DNA of 64,000 nucleotides from Octopus vulgaris. Lineage: Eukaryota. The stretch lies in NCBI GenBank assembly GCA_951406725.2, contig OX597816.1, forward strand, positions 53,816,001-53,880,000, in the 5' to 3' direction. Position numbers and translations under genes: made by a program. Each line of letters starts with the position of its first letter. Within the stretch, counting starts at the first letter, position 1. Under the pieces are notes generated by a model. That model did no database searches. It was not told the DNA's origin and was given only the letters and a program-made list of their open reading frames with translations. Of the stretch, positions 1-12,753 are shown in pieces.

Positions 1-1132
1 CATCAGGTTTACTCCTTCTTGTACGGTATACATTCTACTTTTTAATCAATTACGATGTCCACATCTGTGTCAGAAACAGTTACTAAATCTCCCTCAGATC
101 ATACACACTGCTGCTTTGAGAAAGTACCAATCTCAAGCTGTGGCTTGACCAAACTGTTAGGTACAGTCAAACAACATGCTGCCTTGTGGTGTCTCTTTCT
201 GTCCTTTATTGTTCTAACAGTAATTTCTGCAGTAACACTGGTGCCAAGCTGTATTGGCTCAAGTCAACAACCTTTCTCTTGGATAAACATTGGTGTGGGG
301 GGAAGAGACTTGCTTGTATAGCTCATTGCTAGTCTTCCTCAAAATATCTTGCCCAGACCTTCATATACATGTGTAGTGACATGACCAACACTGAACAATA
401 ATAGTTGCCTTACTTTTTTTTTTCTGGATGTTAATATTCACCACTGTTAATAACCACCAATGCCTTTTCCAATACTAATCTTTACTGTTGCTTTACCCAA
501 TGCTAATCTTTATCTTTCAGGATGCTGATCTTTACCACTACTTTTCCCTACAATAACCTGTAGCACTGCCTTTCCTGATGTTAATCTTCATCAATTATAG
601 CTCGTTAATGCAGCCCATTCCCAAATTAATTCTGTTTCATTTATAATTCTGCTTGTAATGACATGTTATTGAATATTTTTTTTTTTTAAACTTTAACTAT
701 GGGACTAAATCAAAGATATAATCAATGTCTTTCTCATTATGAAATAGTGTTTTGGACTGTCCAACTAAATTAGACATTTAGCTTTTGTCCTGACAACTGT
801 GATGTGTCACTTTGATAGTTATACTTTGCCACTGACTGACATGGTTTTTCAAACTGACGAAACACCACTATCTCCCAACCAAATATCAGAGACATATTGA
901 TACTCATCCTCCTGACAAAACAGAGTTTACATCCATACAAATATCCTTTCTTCATTATGAGGTCCTCAGTCAGTGATTTTTTTTCTTGTTGTCACATATT
1001 CAACATACTTTTATTTTATCCAATTTTTTTTATGTTCATTCTAAAATGTAATTTTTATTTAACGACAAATCTTTACAGAAAGAAAAGAGAGAAAAGAGTA
1101 TAAAAGATTAAATCAATGAGTAAAAAAAACAT

Positions 1133-1490
1133 AACAAGAGCACTCAGAGAGCATAAACCTCTGACAAGGCAATGCCAGCTTCCTCTCAATGATTGGCCAG
1201 AGATGATTTTTAAAATGAGAATATCTGAAATAAATTTGACTGCTCTCACAAACGAGGATACTAAAAATGAACCTGACTGCTCTCAAAAATTAAATAAAAA
1301 AAAACAGAGAAGATTATCTAGATTCCTTGTCCGGTCCCAGATCAATCCCAAAATCTAATCAGTTCATACCAGTCATGAGGCCAAAAATCCCTGAAAGTTT
1401 CATTTGAATCCATCCGGCAGTTCTTGAGATATGTTGTCCAAAGACAAACAGACAAACAAAAAAAACATGACTGAAGACAAATATTGTAAC
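1133..1490. mobile_element. Non-autonomous Helitron/Helentron-associated (HINE-like) repeat
   Basis: Starts ACAAGAGCACTCAGAGAGCA-AAACCTCTG-CAAGGC, contains AAAATCTAATCAG...TTTCATTTGAATCC and a (GACA/AACA)n tract; I recognise this layout from non-autonomous Helentron-type repeats. Confidence 0.45.
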
Positions 1491-1862
1491 AAGGAAACAA
1501 AGGAAAAGAAAAAAGGGGTTGTGGGTGGAATTAAGCAACAAAAGGTGGTGGGGAGGGAATAAAAAGTTGTACCCCCCCCCCATTCTGAATGGTGTGTTCA
1601 GCCATGCTCATGGACATAGTTGCAAAGACATTGCCACAGAGAATGGCCAGCGACATTTGCTGCAAGTCAAAGGGCTCAGTTCTCAGACAGGATACCGTCA
1701 TCCCAATCTTGCAGAGGATGAGACAAGTCTTATTTCGATTTCTTCTCTTAAAATAAATATGTATATATAATTATTTAATATATAAACTGCTATAAATTGC
1801 TTTTTTTTTTCCATGCTGACTACTTGATAATTATCATTAACATGATTTTTATCTTTGTTTTA

Positions 1863-1934
<72 letters not shown>

Positions 1935-1972
1935 TGCATACATATACAGAATCTGATGTACATACATACATA

Positions 1973-2157
1973 CAGGGAGAGTTTATGAAAAAAAACAAAA
2001 GACGAAGACAGGTGGTGTACAAAACAAAGAGATCTATTAGTATAACGCTCAGGAATAGAAAAAAGTCTTTTACGTTTCGAGCCTACGCTCTTCTACAGAA
2101 AGGTACACAGAAAAAAAAGGAGAGAAAAAATGTGTGTAGTGGCTAACGATCTATCAT
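1973..2157 (-). mobile_element. Penelope-like terminal-repeat remnant with hammerhead-like motif
   Basis: Minus strand reads CTTT-CTGTAGAA-GAGCGTAGGCTC-GAAACGTA-AAAG; same architecture as 28105-28295; embedded in microsatellites. Confidence 0.5.
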
Positions 2158-2197
2158 ACAAATGTACATAAGGTACGTACTTACTTACTTATTTGCT

Positions 2198-3127
2198 TGG
2201 ATGGATGGGTGGATGGATGGATGGATGGATGGATGGATGGATGGATGGATGGATGGATGGTAGGATGGGTGGATGGACGGACGGACGGACGGATGGACGG
2301 ACGGGCGGACGGAAGAAGGGACGGACGGACGGATGGACGGACGGACAGACGGATGTACGGACGGACGGACGGATGGATTAATGGATGAATGGGTGGGTGG
2401 ATGGATGGATTAATGGATGGGTGAGTGGGCGGGTGGATGGATGAATGGATAGATGGATGTAGGGATGGATGGATGGAAGGGTGGATGGATGGGTGGATGG
2501 ATGGATGGACGACGGATGGATGGACGACGGATGGATGTACGGACGGAGGGATGGATGGACGGACGGACAGACGGACGAAGAGACGGACGGAAGGACGGAC
2601 GGATGGATGGATGGATGGATGGGTGGGTGGGTGGATGGATGGAAGGATGGATGGGTGGGTGGATGGACGGAGGTGGGTGGATCGATAGACGGATGGATGG
2701 GTGGACGGATAGATGGATGGATGAATGGGTGAATGGATGGGTGGATGGATTGATGGATGGGTGGACGGATGGGTGGATGGACGAAGGGATGGACGGAGGG
2801 ACGGACGGATGGATTGAAGGATGGATGGAAGGATGGATGGATGGATGGAAGGATGGATGGATGGATGGATGGGTGGATGGGTGGATGGATGGGTGATTAG
2901 ATGGATGGATGGTTGGACGGACGGACGGATGGATGGATGGGTGGATGTACAGGTGGATGGATGGATGGATGGATGGGTAGATGGGTGGATGGATGGATGG
3001 ATGGATAGGTGGATGGACGAATGGGTGGATGGATGGACGGACGGACGGGTGGAAGGACAGATGGATAGATGGATAGATGGATGGATGGATGGATGGATGG
3101 ATGGATGGATGGATGGATGGATGGATG
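2198..3127. repeat. Compound (GGAT)n/(GGAC)n/(GGGT)n microsatellite, ~930 bp
   Basis: Directly visible; generates the PSIH/MDGW pseudo-ORFs. Confidence 0.97.
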
Positions 3128-3129
3128 AA

Positions 3130-3606
3130 TTTTTCGATATGCAAATTAGGGACTCCAGCATAGAATTTACTAGTGTACACCTGGCACTTCTGTCTCTACG
3201 AGGGACACCATTGAGGCTGACATGAAATGCCCAGCAGAAATACTGAATAGCAGGAAATACAAAACCACCCAGCCAACAAAGATCCAACATCCTACTGACA
3301 AGGAAGAGATAAAGTCAAAGCGAGCAGCCACTCTAGAACAAGGACTGAAAAGCTCTCTCTGCGACGATTTCATCTTAATCCAAGGAGAGGGGCTTTCTCC
3401 GTCCGGGTTGCGGATCCGTGAAATACGCTGCCGGACGAGATAGTGAAGATGCCGACGACCGCTCGGTCCAAAGTCTCCCTTGACCACAAATGACCTGAAC
3501 TCTTTGCATGAACACTGCTCTGTACATAACTCCATGTCCCCCTACATGGCCTTGCTTTTTGATTTTGAGCCAAAATTAACTTAACTTAACTTAACTAACT
3601 TAACTA
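3130..3606 (+). mobile_element. CR1/L2-type LINE 3' end with (TTAAC)n tail
   Basis: Degenerate C-terminal motif FSVRVADP*NTLPDEIVKMPTTARSKVSLD (CR1-like FFSxRVxxxWNxLPxxVV...FKxxLD), then a short-repeat tail at ~3575-3606. Confidence 0.75.
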
Positions 3607-3634
3607 AGGACAAAAATATTATAAATATGCACAA

Positions 3635-4260
3635 TACTTACCTGAGATATTTGGAGGACAACATGTGCATACTGAAAATCCTTTGACCAAAACATGGATC
3701 CCAGCACAAGCCGTCTGTAGAGCCGAAGCTTCAAGATCATACACTACAGAGACTGAATCTGGTAAGCAGCTGAGACAAAATAGGGCCCACATCCGACCAA
3801 CAACCAAAGCTACCAAGGATGACATGCACAACACCTGCAACATCAGTGGCAACACAAACAAGAGCCACAACATCCACAGAAGATGACGGCACACACAGAA
3901 TGCGTGCTTCCACAGAGTCATCACCTCAACGGGCATCAACAACCCATCAGCAGCCCAACAACACATCCACATCATGCACATCTCAGACATCAGTACAGAA
4001 CACAAGATCCACCAGATGGAGACCCAACATCTTACCACTGTTTTAATACCTTTAAAAGAAAAAAAAGTAAATAATAACTGGTTCCGCTTAGATTTGGAAG
4101 CAGAAAACCACGAGTGTGAGAAGAATAATCTCACGGTTTCTGCTGCAGGATTGCCACCTTCGCTCTGACAATCCACTAGAGTCGGAAAGATTAATTCCTA
4201 TTTTTTTCATTACCGAAAGATCTTTTTTTTTTTCAGAAGAAGGGGTGTTATATGTTCATG
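3635..4260 (+). mobile_element. Ty3/Gypsy LTR retrotransposon 3' remnant (integrase C-terminus, PPT, LTR start)
   Basis: LPEIFGGQHVHTENPLTKTWIPAQAVCRAEASRSYTTETESGKQLRQNRAHIRP matches the Gypsy W.P...RSY...G...RRNR.HLR motif; purine tract AGAAGAAGGGG at 4235-4245 is followed directly by TGTTA. Confidence 0.7.
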
Positions 4261-4282
4261 TTTATGTGTATGTGTAGGTAAC

Positions 4283-4312
4283 TCTATATATATAAACGGC
4301 AAAATGTCTGTC

Positions 4313-4353
<41 letters not shown>

Positions 4354-4680
4354 TTTATACAAATCCACAATTTTTCAGTTAGAAGGCTCGCACTTTCTAT
4401 GGTCATTCAAAACCATCCAAGGGTGGTCGTGCACATCTTTACATTTCCCCAGTCACCCTGCAAAGCCATTAAAAAACCAATAGAAGTGACTTTTTTGTGA
4501 ATTTTCTATCCAAAACCCAATCAAAATGCCCGAAACTTGATATGCCAATTGAATGCTAGCTAGCTGTTTGTGATTGATGGGAGATTTGGACAGTACTCGC
4601 GTGTATGTGCGCACGCGCGCACGCAGCTGTATATGCATGTACTAACACTATGACCCTGCGTTGCCGGGCCATAGTGCTAG
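4283..4680 (+). mobile_element. Non-autonomous Helitron, family 1
   Basis: 5' TCTATATATATAAA, 3' hairpin CACTATGACCC...CCGGGCCATAGTG followed by CTAG|T; a closely similar inverted copy lies at 27011-27372. Confidence 0.85.
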
Positions 4681-4924
4681 TACGTATATATAAATATATC
4701 CCCATTATTAGTACTATTTTGTTAAGCACATCTGGTAGACAGTATGAACTGTGAATGAAGCAAATACGCACAGTGTGTATCACTCCGCTATACATATATA
4801 GTTGTAAAAATGCCAAGTAAATAAACACGTAGAATCACAATAACACCTTCAATGAGTTGCTTTATTGTCCCAACACAAACCAAAGAATGTATAATACTAC
4901 CGATGCTTGTAATCGAACCTAGTT

Positions 4925-5132
4925 GCTGTTATCCAATGGGTGCAGAAACATAACATGCAACTAAACGAGAACAAGTTTGAGTTAATCCACTTTGGTTAAG
5001 AGGCTGCACTTAAACAACCATATATTCTTCCTTTAGGCGAACACCTCACGGCATCAAACACTGCTAGGGACCTCGGTGTTACTGTCGACGATAATTAAGT
5101 TGGAGTGTCCACATAAACAAGAAAGTCGACAC
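4925..5132 (+). mobile_element. CR1/L2 reverse-transcriptase fragment
   Basis: Translates QWVQKHNMQLNENKFELIHFG ... RDLGVTVDDN. Confidence 0.7.
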
Positions 5133-5510
5133 AAGGAAGGTAGCCGTGGTCTCAAATTTATATTGATGTCTTATAAAGCACAGATTGTGATAATGAAACA
5201 TCTGCAGCAGAGGAAAGAGAACTGTGACTATCTTGCCTACGGTTGTTACCAGGAAACCAACAACATAATTAGAATAGTTAATGAACTTCAGGAGAGGTAT
5301 GAAATAAGAACCGATACAGATCTTTCCTCAAAGAGCATTGGCGAAATCTATTTAGCAGAACAAGAGGAAAAAATGGACCAGTTCACTAAGAAGATAGTAC
5401 ATGGGTTCTTGGCACGTAAACACAAACCAGAGAAGGGATTGATCATGTCAAAAACTTAGCATGGAGTACCGACAAGTTTATGACATCCCACTTTCAAGGT
5501 TATATCTATC
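5133..5510 (+). mobile_element. Dong/R4-type LINE fragment
   Basis: KEGSRGLK (GGRGL-like motif) ... IVHGFL ... FMTSHFQGYI; homologous region to 16130-16500. Confidence 0.6.
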
Positions 5511-5542
5511 AATGTGTGCCGGTGAAGGCATTAGAGTTGGAG

Positions 5543-5972
5543 ACGGTGAGCAGACAGAATTGTTGGCTCGCCAGGCAAAATACTTAACAGCATTTCATCC
5601 GTCTTTATTTTTTGATTTTTAATTCCATCGAGGTCGACTTTGCTTTTCATCCTTTCTAGGTCGATAAAATATGCATCAGTTAAGAACTGGGATTGATGAC
5701 AAAATACGGTAGAAATTGTATTCACCTCAATAGACGTCATTGATTGGTTGAAATTGCCGAAATGCAAGAAATTAAACAACAAATAGTTTACAAACTACAG
5801 AATTTTCTCAAGAAAGCCAAGAGAAAAAGATGTTATATGTAACACATTCTACCAGTATACGAAGTTTAAAAGTGTTTAGTTACAAAGAAATTATTTTAAA
5901 AATCTGCCGGTCAAAGTGAAAAGATCCCCCCCGAACTTGCTGGCCTAGTGCCAACATTTGAAATCAATAATT
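5543..5972 (+). mobile_element. Degraded SINE family B interrupted by an unrelated ~230-bp fragment
   Basis: GAGGTCGACTTTGCTTTTCATCCTTTC..GGTCGATAAAAT core shared with 27378-27606; a SINE-like 3' part resumes at ~5926. Confidence 0.6.
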
Positions 5973-7024
5973 TGTGAGGGTGAACAACTAAGTCGAAGTC
6001 AGAAAGTCATACACCAAATTAGGTATTGTAAACTTCATCTAGTTTTGCCATTCCTCTCCACATTTGTTCGGCTGGACTTGAACCTGTGAACGTTAGCCGG
6101 GTTTTCTGTATTTATCAAGAACAGGGTCAAACATTACAAGTAAGTGGACTGTGAAGTAGTGTGACGACAGTTAAATAGTGTCAGATAAGAGCAGCAATGG
6201 TGTGTCCGAGTGGGAGGAGGAGAGAATTGTGAGGTGAGTTTGAAGTGAGTATTTGTCTGAAGTATATTTTAGGAAGCGGGAGAATAAGGAGGAGGAGGAG
6301 GAGCTGGTCATGAACCGTGTAGATAGGAAGAACGACTTAGGGAACAAAGAAGGTTGAAGTAGTGAGAAGGTTGGGGGTTGGAGAGTCGTCGACCGCCATC
6401 TGTCGAAATTTCTAGTTTCCACCTGCAGTAGCAGCACCACAGTTGGAACACGTCTCGAAGAATAGTTGTAACACACACATAAACACAGTCTTGATAATTA
6501 TCAGTATCGTGCTACAGTTTTTTTTTCCACCTGGTCTCATGTGTGTTTGTGTGTTTATGTGTGTGTAAGCGTGTGTGTATATACGTTTCTATGCTTGCCT
6601 ATCTGTCTGTATCAAAGTTAGACGATGTTTCGACCATCAAAGCTCCCAATAAACTCTGCAACCATTTGAACATTTCCAGTGAGAAAAAATAACGAATTGG
6701 TTGACTGGATTCTAACCACATCATTATCTGCTCCTTGACCAAACACATTAACCATTGAATATATTAGCATTCACTGTTTACTGTAGTAGAGAGACTTGAA
6801 ACTGCGGTATTCCATTGCACATATGTATATATATGTATACACACATGTGTGCCATTGTTCATTTTATTTCATGATTTCTTACCAAAAAAGAAAGAGCCGG
6901 TTTCTAACCTAGATCCAAGTCTCCTTCATTGGAATTTCAACATCAAGAAAAGGGTATTTGTATGTATGTATGTATGTATGTATGTATATATGTATGTATT
7001 GCTTTGTTTTATTTTTTGTTTTGT

Positions 7025-7797
7025 TTTTGTTTTGTTTTATTTTTTGTTTAGTTTCCTTTATGTATTCTCATGCATATACTTGCACATCTAGATATGTTCA
7101 TATATATTTAAATGATAGACTTCCGGAAAGTTTTACAAATTTTTTTCAGTTCCAGTGATGGGTTGGCTCTGTAGTCTTCGAATCAGCTTTCTCCTTCCTG
7201 GTTTTGAAAAGACTAATTTCTCAAGATTGGTATTTTGGCAGTGTGTTACATATCCAAGGGCCTCAATAATTACGGGTATAAACCTGAACTTGTAATCTGG
7301 ATAGAGTAACTGCAAGGTTTTCAATAGTTAAGCGAAGTTGTTCTCTTTTTCACTGATCTTCAGTTTTATTTTTACATCCGCTGGGCAGCTACTTTCCACA
7401 AATGTGCACAGTTTCTCTTCTCTATCCCAAATCATTATATCAGGTCTGTCGTGCTTACATTTTATTGAGGTCTTCACTGGAACATTCCGTCAGTACACCT
7501 TTTTATTATGAGAGGCTATGGCTTCTACCATACTGTAGGTTCTTCTTCGTCCTCGGAGTCATCTTTCCGACAGATTTCATTGCAGAGTGTCCTAGCTACA
7601 GCATTATATCTCATCGGTAGATAATACCGTGATGACATTTTTGAACAACTGCTTATGATGTAGGTGACATCTTCGGTGTTAACTTCACAGTCTGCATCGG
7701 TTGTCACATTTTACGGCTTTTCCTGAATTTCTGTCCCTTTTGTGCGTCAGGTATTTGGTTGATATTTCCTGTTCCTCGATTGCAAAGGCATACTCTG
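7025..7797 (-). mobile_element. Dong/R4-type LINE 3' part (CCHC knuckle and restriction-like endonuclease region, 3'UTR)
   Basis: ORFs 7525-7707 (EDVTYIISSCSKM..RYYLPMRYNAVA) and 7133-7324 (LQLLYPDYKFRFIPVII) closely match 16480-17235. Confidence 0.85.
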
Positions 7798-7799
7798 TG

Positions 7800-7985
7800 G
7801 GATGACGTCAGCAATGCCCGTTCTCAACTCCCTCCAAATGGCCAGCTGGCCTGGCCCGCAGTCGACCATGGAGAGATACATTCCCTGGCGGTAGTGCGTC
7901 ACATCCACAGCTAGCCTTCTCCAGTTGTGCTCCACCGAAAGGTTTCTCTGCTCATGCCCACACGGAGCAGGGTTAATGGACGGCT
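7800..7985 (-). mobile_element. Gypsy integrase core fragment
   Basis: SINPAPCGHEQRNLSVEHNWRRLAVDVTHYRQGMYLSMVDCGPGQLAIWREL (rve-type W..LA.D......YL..VD). Confidence 0.75.
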
Positions 7986-8439
7986 GCGGGCCAGGTCGGC
8001 TGGCCATTTGGAGGGAGTTGAGAACGGACATTGCTGACGTCACCCCACATACTCTTCAAAGTGGAAGGTAGTAATCCGGTTGTTGATCCATGATAGACGG
8101 CTTTGATGATCAATGTTACTATCATGTGTGTGTGTATGTATGTACGTATGTATGTATATACGTACGTACTATACTTTGGGGGAATAAAAGTAGGTAAGAG
8201 GTAGTTCTACACTTCTCAAAACTCTGGAATTCCTGAACCAAGGGGCACCGTTAGCAGATGCAGTTTGAAGTAATAGACAGGACAAATGTTTTCTATTTTA
8301 AAACTGAAACTTTGTGAGTGAATTTAGTCCCTGGAAACTGGAAGTTGTGTGTTAGTATATATGTATGTGTGTTAGTGTGAATATTTACATTCTTTGTTTC
8401 ACAAGAAAAACTCTGTCGACATACTCTTTACTCTTTTAC

Positions 8440-8639
8440 TCTTTTACTTGTTTCAGTCATTTGACTGCGGCCATGCTGGAGCACCGCCCTTAGTCGAGCA
8501 AATCGACCCCGGGACTTATTCTTTGTAAGCCCAGTACTTATTCTATCGGTCTCTTTTGCCGAACCGCTAAGTGACGGAGACGTAAACACACCAGCATCAG
8601 TTGTCAAACAATGCTAGGGGGACAAACACAGACACACAA

Positions 8640-8700
<61 letters not shown>

Positions 8701-8868
8701 TATACGACAGGCTTCTTTCAGTTTCCGTCTACCAAATCCACTCACAAGGCATTAGTCGGCCCGGGGCTATAGCAGAAGACACTTACCCAAGATGCCACGC
8801 AGTGGGACTGAACCCGGAACCATGTGGTTGGTTAGCAAGCTACTTACCACACAGCCACTCCTGCGCCT
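8440..8868 (-). mobile_element. tRNA-derived SINE family A, full length
   Basis: Head GGCGCAGGAGTGGCTGTGTGGTAAG with B-box-like GGTTCAGTCCC, central (TA)/(TG) tract, tail GGCGGTGCTCCAGCATGGCCGCAGTCAAATGACTGAAACAAG; many copies in the window. Confidence 0.9.
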
Positions 8869-9169
8869 ATTGATCTTTATTCTTTTATACATTGATTTTT
8901 ATTCTTTTATTCTGTTACATGTTTCAGTCATTTGATTGTTGACATGCTGGAGCACCGCCTTCATGTTTGTCAGCATTATTTTATTACTGGTTTCAGAGAG
9001 AAGCTGTAGCCATGTTGGGGTTCCACTATTAGTGTCATTGCTTGTTTATTTCAATCTTATTTTCTGGCTTTCCCCCAGAATTAGTTCTAGTGAAGTAATG
9101 AGTTGGACAAAACTACCCCTTTTTTATGTCCTATTGCAATCTGGGTTCATCTGGTATCTCAGATAAAAG

Positions 9170-9410
9170 TATACTTAAATGCAAAACTGCATCAACAGAG
9201 AACTCAACTGCAGTAAGAAACCCCACCTGGAAACAGCACTGCTGGGGATTGTGGAGCAACTGAAGCATTCTCATGAGAAGGAAAGATCAGACAGACAAGC
9301 CTGATCATAAGAAATAAAAAATCAGACCCTAAAGCTTCTTTAGGTACGCCAAGAGGACTGTTTCTGTGCATTGCAGGGTAGGACCACTTCTTCAAAGAGA
9401 TGGATCCCTC
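9170..9410 (+). mobile_element. CR1-type LINE linker fragment
   Basis: Degenerate K.DPKAFFRYAKR...VGPLLQRDGS motif between the APE and RT domains. Confidence 0.55.
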
Positions 9411-9411
9411 G

Positions 9412-10770
9412 CGGGCGGCCATGCTGAGGCACCGCCATTTACTTTGCTACACTTTCACTAAACCTCCTCTGATGTGTGACATTTGGTGCATGAGGGAGTT
9501 TGACATTGCTGCTCTCATCTGTGAGGACATGTCAGTGAGGGCCACTATGAATAGCTGTGGCCTCAGGACAGTGCCTTGTGGAACACCACTCATAATTTGT
9601 GTTTCCTCGGAGGTGGCTCCATTGACCACCACTACCTGACTTCTATCTTTTAGAAAGTAATGTAATCTCTTTTTACGCCGTCTCACAAGAATTTTTCTCT
9701 CTCTGAGAATCTTGTTTTTATGTGCAGTAGCCTTTCTCTCTAGAACAAAATTGTAGCATATGGCTTGTATTACGGACATGAAAGTTTTCAATTTCATATC
9801 TACGCCAGGTGTAGAGAAATATTGGAACAAGTCCTGATTGGTGATCTCTTTCTCAATTGATTTCCAGTATGCTTTGTAGTAGTTCATATTGGATAGATAT
9901 GGGGTGCTTCTCATAGGCTGCATGTCTGTGGGTTCTTTTGGTCCATACACGGTTAGATCTATTATGTTGTGAACCGAGATTAATGTTGGTGTCATTTTCA
10001 CACTATCGATCAGATCCGCACTGTTTGTGAAGCAGAGATTGTTTGCCCTGGTTGGTTGGGGTATTATTTGTTCCATGTATAACTTGTTGGTGAGGTTGAG
10101 CAGGAATTCTACTTGACTTTTCTCACATCGCGTCATTCCTGAGAGGAAAAGGCCTTCAGGTGATTCCATATTAGGTAAGTTGAAGTCTACTATGAGAAGT
10201 ACACTGATGTGTTCTTCTAGTTTGGTTAAGGCCTCCTCTATTCTTGCAAGGCAAACTTCGAATAAGCCTGTGTGATTTGGGGCATCTGGTGGGTGATATG
10301 TAGTACATATGATACATATGACGATGTCGATTTGTCTTATATGTACAATTAGCGTGTCACACACTGAATTTGAGTGTTACAAAGGGATCTGGGGCGTGAG
10401 ATCTTCACGGATGTACATTGCAGCTTCGCCATGACTCCTGTCTTTTCTATCGCTTCGCAATACATCGTAGTTTGGAATGTGTATATCTACATCAGCGATA
10501 TTGGGTTTTAAGCACGTTTCATTGGCTTGATTGCATGCCAATAGGCCTCTCAGGAAGGTAAGTTTAGTTCTGTTATTGAGTTGTAACAGATCTCTTACGT
10601 TTATGAAGTATACTGGAGCGACCTCTGTGCCATCCTGGATCCATTGGCTGTGGCTGTCTTGCGTGTTGGTGGGGATGGCTTCGACTTTGGAATTGAAGCC
10701 AGGTTAGCTGCTGCACAATCCTTTGAGCTATGTGTAAAAAAGATTTTTGCTCAGCTGCAGCCCTTATGAC
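9412..10770 (-). mobile_element. Internally deleted CR1/L2-type LINE (APE domain fused to an RT piece and 3' tail)
   Basis: ORF 9447-10364: YHPPD, IVDFNLP, RANNLCFT, SVHNII (APE), then FLKDRSQVVVVNG...SGVPQGTVLRP (RT); tail GGCGGTGCCTCAGCATGGCCGC. Confidence 0.85.
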
Positions 10771-10807
10771 GGCTTCTAAATTTTTGTATATGTGTGTGTA
10801 TGTATGC

Positions 10808-10840
<33 letters not shown>

Positions 10841-11204
10841 TGTATGTATGTATGTATGTATGTATGTATGTATGTATGTATGTATGTATGTCACCTTCGA
10901 AACGCAGAGTAGATGAAACCATGGCGACTGAAGAAGGGGAATTTTCCTTGTGTTATTTGTCCTGTACTATATTTTTTCCTTGCTTAAGAAAAATGTCCAG
11001 TTCCTTGGTTTTATGTTTATGTTTTCGTTTCTCATTGTGTTCGACGTTTTTTTTTTTGTGTCCTGTACCCATATATGCATGTATACATACATGTAGAGGT
11101 AGGTACGTACATATATGTATGTATATATGCATATGTTTTATTTATTAATTTATTATGTATGTATGTATGTATGTATGTATGTATGTATGTATGTATGTAT
11201 GTAT

Positions 11205-11403
11205 CTTTTATTTGTTTCAGTCATTTGACTGCGGCCATGCTGGAGCACCGCCTTTAATCGAGCAAATCAACTCCGGGACTTATTCTTTGTAAGCCCAGTA
11301 CTTATTCTATCGGACTCTTTTGCCGAACCGCTAAGTGACGGGGACGTAAACACACCAGCATCGGTTGTCAAGCAATGCTAGGGGGACAAACACAGACTCA
11401 CAA

Positions 11404-11434
<31 letters not shown>

Positions 11435-11606
11435 CATATATACGACAGGCTTCTTTCAGTTTCCGTCTACCAAATCCACTCACAAGGCATTGGTCGGCCC
11501 GGGGCTATAGCAGAAGACACTTGCCCAAGATGCCACGCAGTGGGACTGAACCCGGAACGATGTGGTTGGTTAGCAAGCTACTTACCACACAGCCACTCCT
11601 GCGCCT
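11205..11606 (-). mobile_element. SINE family A, full length
   Basis: Near-identical to 8440-8868. Confidence 0.9.
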
Positions 11607-12329
11607 ACAGCACATGCTAACACAACACCTACAATCAATGCACACCACACAAACAAAAGGTTGAACGACATTGATACATATATATATAGGAAAATGTGTT
11701 GTTGGAAATGCACCTAAATTTCAAAATCTCATAAATGTTTAAAATACATATATTTACATATATACCAAACTAGTTTCAACAATATTTTTTGTTTATCAAA
11801 AAACCAAAATGAGCTGTTTTTAGTCAAGAAATATTTCTTCAAACTTGAAAGCAAGTTGTCCAGTAACAAAATGAAGGGAAAATCTAGTTGTTGTCAGTGC
11901 AATAGGTTCAAATGCTACACAATTATTGCTGTCGGCCACATATTGCTGTGACCTTTATAAACTGCCACAGGTGAAAGGACCTTTAAATATGTTCATCTAT
12001 AAAAAAAAAAAATTATATATATATATATAAATACCTCCTCTGACCGATGTTTGAACTGTACTGATTGAAGACGGTCAGCAATTACGGCGTTAATATACAC
12101 GTTTAAGGGATTCAGGAACTCGTTATTACTAATAATATTAATAATATTTCACACTAAATGTAAAACACATTTTCCTTGATTCATATTGTAGATATATGTA
12201 GAACTTTATATGTCAGACGTTTTTCAGTTCGAGACAGATCAATTGTGGAAACTAAATATTGAAGGGTGACAAATGTAAAGGGTGATCTGATTCATCCAGG
12301 TGTTATGGTCTAGGGAACATAATCCATTA

Positions 12330-12605
12330 CTTTTAACTTGTTTCAGTCATTAAACTGAAGTCACATATTTGGGCACCACCATAAGGAATTTTAGTCGAAC
12401 GAACATGTTCTTTCGGTCAAATTTTGCCAAACATACGCACAGCAACACCAGTTGACAAGAGGGATGTAGGGCAGACACCAAGACACTCACATACACATAC
12501 AAACGCATAGTACGACGGGCTTTCCAAGGTGCCACGCAGTGGGAGTGAACCTGGAACCATGTTGTTGGCAAGCGAACTTCTCACCTCACGACCACACCTG
12601 CGGCT
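12330..12605 (-). mobile_element. Degraded SINE family A
   Basis: Recognisable head (GCCACGCAGTGGGA..GAACCTGGAACCATG) and tail with internal deletions. Confidence 0.7.
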
Positions 12606-12670
12606 ACACACATGTATCTAACTCCCGGCATTTGAGTCACTCTGTTGCTTATTTGATATATGTATATTTA

Positions 12671-12751
<81 letters not shown>

Positions 12752-12753
<2 letters not shown>

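Noticed and set aside
440-960. Possible Copia protease motif (DIWLGDSGVSS, minus strand) and weak ~28-bp repeats
   Set aside because: It is a single short motif among stops with no supporting Copia domains; too degraded to call.
2181-3290. Long ORFs (369 aa, 256 aa and others) rich in PSIH/MDGW
   Set aside because: They are translations of the (GGAT)n microsatellite.
6100-6480. Donor-like GTAAGT/GTGAGT sites and the 101-aa ORF 6171-6476
   Set aside because: No matching acceptor or recognisable protein; low-complexity composition.
8790-8868. tRNA genes at SINE heads (also 21711, 25807, 27378, 45782, 50100, 57811)
   Set aside because: A/B-box-like motifs continue into SINE bodies, and no complete cloverleaf is evident.
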